This document shows positions 61,536 to 64,000 of a stretch of DNA of 64,000 nt, in pieces. Numbering within the stretch: position 1 is the stretch's first letter; each line of letters opens with the position of its first letter. This stretch comes from Francisella tularensis subsp. holarctica. Its GTDB lineage: Bacteria; Pseudomonadota; Gammaproteobacteria; Francisellales; CACEW01. The DNA lies in the NCBI GenBank assembly GCA_945860585.1, contig CAMARA010000003.1, positions 368-64,367 of the forward strand. The letters run 5' to 3'. Position numbers and translations under genes: made by a program. The notes under the pieces are model-generated. The model worked only from the letters and a program-made list of their open reading frames with translations, was not told the DNA's origin and made no database searches.

Positions 61536-63629
61536 TTGAAAATCATTGTGATGAAAGATCGAAAGCAGCATCAGCATGCCCTGCCGGAATGGGAGGCCCA
61601 ATTTGCCCAATTAAAACGAAGCCTGCGTTGGGATCAGCGTCCCTGGTATTGGGTTTTAGGTGAGAGCCTGTTTGCAACAGAAGGACATGTTTCAGTGCAG
61701 GATCATGGCGTATTTATCGCGCCCGAAGCCGCAATTTGGCAGGATCAGCCGACTGCGCTGCGAGAATCCAAATGGCAGAGTTTTCAGCGGCAATGGCGAT
61801 GTGCGCAACCCTGGCATGCGCCGGAGGCGGTGATCGTGGGATATTCAATCGCATTGCTACAAGATCCAGAGCGCCTGGCTGCGTTTAATCAGGCGCTGGA
61901 GCAGGCTCTGCGTGAAGGGCGCCGGCATTGGAAGCCTCGGCCGATCTATGTGATGATCTCCGGGGTAGAGTCGGTCTCTGGTTTTGATGCTTATTTTAAG
62001 GCGCTCAAATCTGAGCAGAAGCAGCAGATTTTGGGTTTTACTTTTCCCTCTAAACAGGCTGATTTATACTGTGCACGGTCACAAATTGAGGTTTCTGTGT
62101 CATCCTCGCGAACGCGGGGATCCAGTCTAATCCAACAAGACCAAGGCTTTGAAGATATTGGACTGGATCCCCGCGTTCGCGAGGATGACACGTTACTTCA
62201 AAAGTCCCAATCTTTGGCCGCGTTCAGTATAGAAGCCGAATGTACAAGTCTGCAGCAGCGTTTGAGCACCAAAGTCCTCGCGCATTTAAGCTGGGAGGCC
62301 GCGCAAGCGCATGAAAATGCAGACATCTTGTTTTTCCCGCAAGCCTTGGCAAAAATCTATCCGCCTCTGATCACCGCAGTTAAGCCTTTGCCTTTAGTGC
62401 GGGGCGTGTATTTTGCCAGCGCCGATTCCCTCAAGCAGATTGAGACCGAGGTACTGGCAAAAGAGGCGCAGGCCTTCAAGCCCTGGAGCGCGCTGTGTGA
62501 GTATGTCGAAACGCAGCATAAAAAAATCGCCGTCGCGGTGTTGGTGGGCATGCTACTGCTATGGAGTATCGGCTGTTTCAGTCTGTTAAAAAAAGAGGCA
62601 ATGGAGCGGCAAGACAGTGCATCCTTGCCAGTCGTATCTGCGCCTGCGGTGGTCCGGCAAACCCAAACCGGCCTGAATGTCCCCGCGTTTGCGAGTATCG
62701 CTGCTGCGTCTTCCTGGCTCAGCGCGGCGAGTCAGCAGTCTTTTGCTGATCCTGCCACGCAGACGGCGATTCAGTCCGCTTTGCAGGCAGCGAGTGCCGC
62801 CTTGGCGCAGGTGCATGGCAGTGAGGCTGCGCTCAATTTATCCATTCAAATTTTAAAGGGTCAATGTGCGCCCTTGAATCAATTGGAGGCTTTGAGTGCA
62901 GCGGCTCCCCAGCCTGTGCAAGAGATCTTGAAGAAGATCGTCCAGGCAGTCACGCGCACTGTTTTTGCGGAAACGGAAAGGGGGATGGTGCAAAATTGGC
63001 AGGCGCAGCTGGCTGGATCTTGTCTCCAGGTGATTCAGAATCCCAATCCAGACCTCACCGACTTCAGTCATTTTTTCAGTCCGAGTGGGACGGGCGGCCG
63101 TTTTCTGGGTGAGCGCGTGGCGTCCCTCGTGAATATCCAAAGCGGTCAATTGCAGGAGCGTTCTGCCTATGGCGTGCCTTTTGTCCTGCCGGAATTTTTG
63201 CAGCAGGATATTGTGCGCCTCTTGTTGATTCACGATGCATTTTTTCATCATAGCAATACGCCGAGTTTGAGCATCAGTTTAACGCCGATGGTCTTGAGTA
63301 AAAACCTCGCCGACTTTAGCATTCAATATGGCGCGCAAAGTTTGTTTTATCAAAATGGCCCGCGCTTTGCCACGCTCTGGAATTGGCCTGCTGCTGCCGG
63401 TGATGTGGTCGTGAAATTTGTGGATTTGAACGGTCAGGTGCAGACCGACACCTACTCTGGCACCTGGGGTCTGATTCAACTCTTCAATTCCGCCAGTGTC
63501 AGCACGATTGATTCAAGCCATTTTGCCCTGACCTTCACCAAAGGAGACGCCTCTGCCACCTATGAATTGTCGCTCACCCAAGGTAATTTTGCCGGCGTGT
63601 TAGCCTTGCAAGGTTTTAATTGCCAGTAG
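61536..63629 (+). CDS. Truncated TssM/IcmF paralog with a degenerate P-loop, sitting in the position tagF usually occupies
   Basis: 697 aa. TTG 61536 lies 6 nt after AGGAG. The N-terminus aligns by eye to the TssM NTPase domain (PWYWVLGESLFATEG vs PWYLVMGEQGAGKTS; RPIYVMISGVESVSGFDAYF...ILGFTF vs IPVYLVFTHIDVLPGFAEFV...ILGLTF). There is one TM segment (IAVAVLVGMLLLWSIGCFSLL). The C-terminus aligns to the TssM C-terminus (DLTDFSHFFSPSG vs TLQDFSNYFKPGG; SGTWGLIQLFNSA vs MGPWALFHLLQAS). Confidence 0.7.
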   Translation: MKIIVMKDRKQHQHALPEWEAQFAQLKRSLRWDQRPWYWVLGESLFATEGHVSVQDHGVFIAPEAAIWQDQPTALRESKWQSFQRQWRCAQPWHAPEAVIVGYSIALLQDPERLAAFNQALEQALREGRRHWKPRPIYVMISGVESVSGFDAYFKALKSEQKQQILGFTFPSKQADLYCARSQIEVSVSSSRTRGSSLIQQDQGFEDIGLDPRVREDDTLLQKSQSLAAFSIEAECTSLQQRLSTKVLAHLSWEAAQAHENADILFFPQALAKIYPPLITAVKPLPLVRGVYFASADSLKQIETEVLAKEAQAFKPWSALCEYVETQHKKIAVAVLVGMLLLWSIGCFSLLKKEAMERQDSASLPVVSAPAVVRQTQTGLNVPAFASIAAASSWLSAASQQSFADPATQTAIQSALQAASAALAQVHGSEAALNLSIQILKGQCAPLNQLEALSAAAPQPVQEILKKIVQAVTRTVFAETERGMVQNWQAQLAGSCLQVIQNPNPDLTDFSHFFSPSGTGGRFLGERVASLVNIQSGQLQERSAYGVPFVLPEFLQQDIVRLLLIHDAFFHHSNTPSLSISLTPMVLSKNLADFSIQYGAQSLFYQNGPRFATLWNWPAAAGDVVVKFVDLNGQVQTDTYSGTWGLIQLFNSASVSTIDSSHFALTFTKGDASATYELSLTQGNFAGVLALQGFNCQ
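62098..62190. mobile_element. Palindromic MITE-like element (93 bp, perfect 30-bp inverted repeats) inserted in frame in the TssM-paralog CDS
   Basis: tgtcatcctcgcgaacgcggggatccagtc (62098-62127) and gactggatccccgcgttcgcgaggatgaca (62161-62190) are exact reverse complements. 93 bp is 31 codons. It translates as SSSRTRGSSLIQQDQGFEDIGLDPRVREDDT within the 697-aa ORF. Confidence 0.85.
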
Positions 63630-63685
63630 TGCTTTAAATAAATTTGTGTCATAATGGCAGGAGTTGTCAAAAAATGTGGATGTGC

Positions 63686-63931
63686 ATGATGGAAAAAGTT
63701 GTCAAAATGGGAAGTAATGGCAGAATATTGTTGCCAGCGACGTATCGTAAGGCGTTGCATTTGCAGGAAGGATCCCGTGTTTTCTTAAAGCTTGAGAATG
63801 GTCGCTTAGTGCTTTCGTCTATTGAGTTGGCAGCAAAAAAAGCCCAAGACTTAGTGAAGAAGCACTGTGCCGGGCATAGTTTAGTTGCCGACCTAAAAGC
63901 GATGCGGGATGAGGAGAATCAGCATGAGTAA
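63686..63931 (+). CDS. vapB: AbrB/SpoVT/MazE-fold antitoxin (VapB-like)
   Basis: MEKVVKMGSNGRILLPATYRKALHLQEGSRVFLKLENGRLVL is a swapped-hairpin AbrB-type DNA-binding domain. Its stop overlaps the downstream PIN gene. The start is ATG 63686 or 63689. Confidence 0.8.
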   Translation: MMEKVVKMGSNGRILLPATYRKALHLQEGSRVFLKLENGRLVLSSIELAAKKAQDLVKKHCAGHSLVADLKAMRDEENQHE

Positions 63932-64000
63932 AGTGGTTCTGGATGCATCTGCATTGCTGGCATTTTTAAACGAAGAGCCAGGGGCTGACATAGTGCGGCC
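63924..64000 (+). CDS. vapC: PIN-domain VapC toxin, N-terminal fragment (runs off the window)
   Basis: ATG 63924 gives MSKVVLDASALLAFLNEEPGADIVR, the typical VapC N-terminus with the first acidic residue (D7). Confidence 0.7.
   Translation, partial: MSKVVLDASALLAFLNEEPGADIVR

Noticed and set aside
61536-63629. Calling the gene after tssM 'tagF' on the basis of position
   Set aside because: The protein is three times longer than TagF. It lacks a TagF-like N-terminal motif, has a TM segment, and shows block-wise similarity to both ends of TssM. It was therefore called a TssM paralog, pending an HMM check.

Overview
This is a 64-kb chromosomal window from a gammaproteobacterium. It is probably a Legionellales/Coxiellaceae-like host-associated organism. 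That is an inference from the eukaryotic-like ankyrin and F-box proteins and from a palindromic repeat family that encodes 'LDPRVREDD'-type peptides. I could not run any search to confirm it.

Housekeeping blocks:
- Fe-ADH, der, bamB, yfgM
- coaX, a membrane fusion protein, rmuC
- a desaturase
- rlmL-like, a GltB-like FMN enzyme, glnA, a POT transporter
- metY(tRNA-fMet)-rimP-nusA-infB-rbfA
- an isolated rplS
- fkpB-lspA, tsaD
- catalase, GT2, tatD-like, asmA-like
- trpE/pabB-like plus trpG/pabA-like
- a Dabb protein and cspA

Accessory material between these blocks:
1. The edge of a genomic island at tRNA-Asn. It has a P4-type integrase, an AT-rich membrane protein and a second tyrosine recombinase.
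2. An AT-rich segment with a large ankyrin-repeat effector-like protein and a divergent chaperone/usher-like surface-fibre cluster. The cluster has three small DUF4402/SCPU-like subunits, three paralogous two-domain chaperone-like proteins and a 909-aa outer-membrane protein.
3. Two type II toxin-antitoxin modules.
4. Three copies or fragments of an Rpn (YhgA-like) nuclease gene. They sit at operon breakpoints around an orphan PAS histidine kinase, an ATP-grasp gene and rplS.
5. An effector-like cluster that includes an F-box-like membrane protein.
6. A T6SS membrane-complex module, fha-tssJ-tssK-tssL-tssM. It is followed by a second, truncated TssM paralog with a degenerate P-loop. That paralog carries a 93-bp palindromic MITE-like element inserted in frame.

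No rRNA genes or CRISPR arrays were seen. All functional calls come from reading the translated ORFs by eye. No HMM or BLAST searches were possible.
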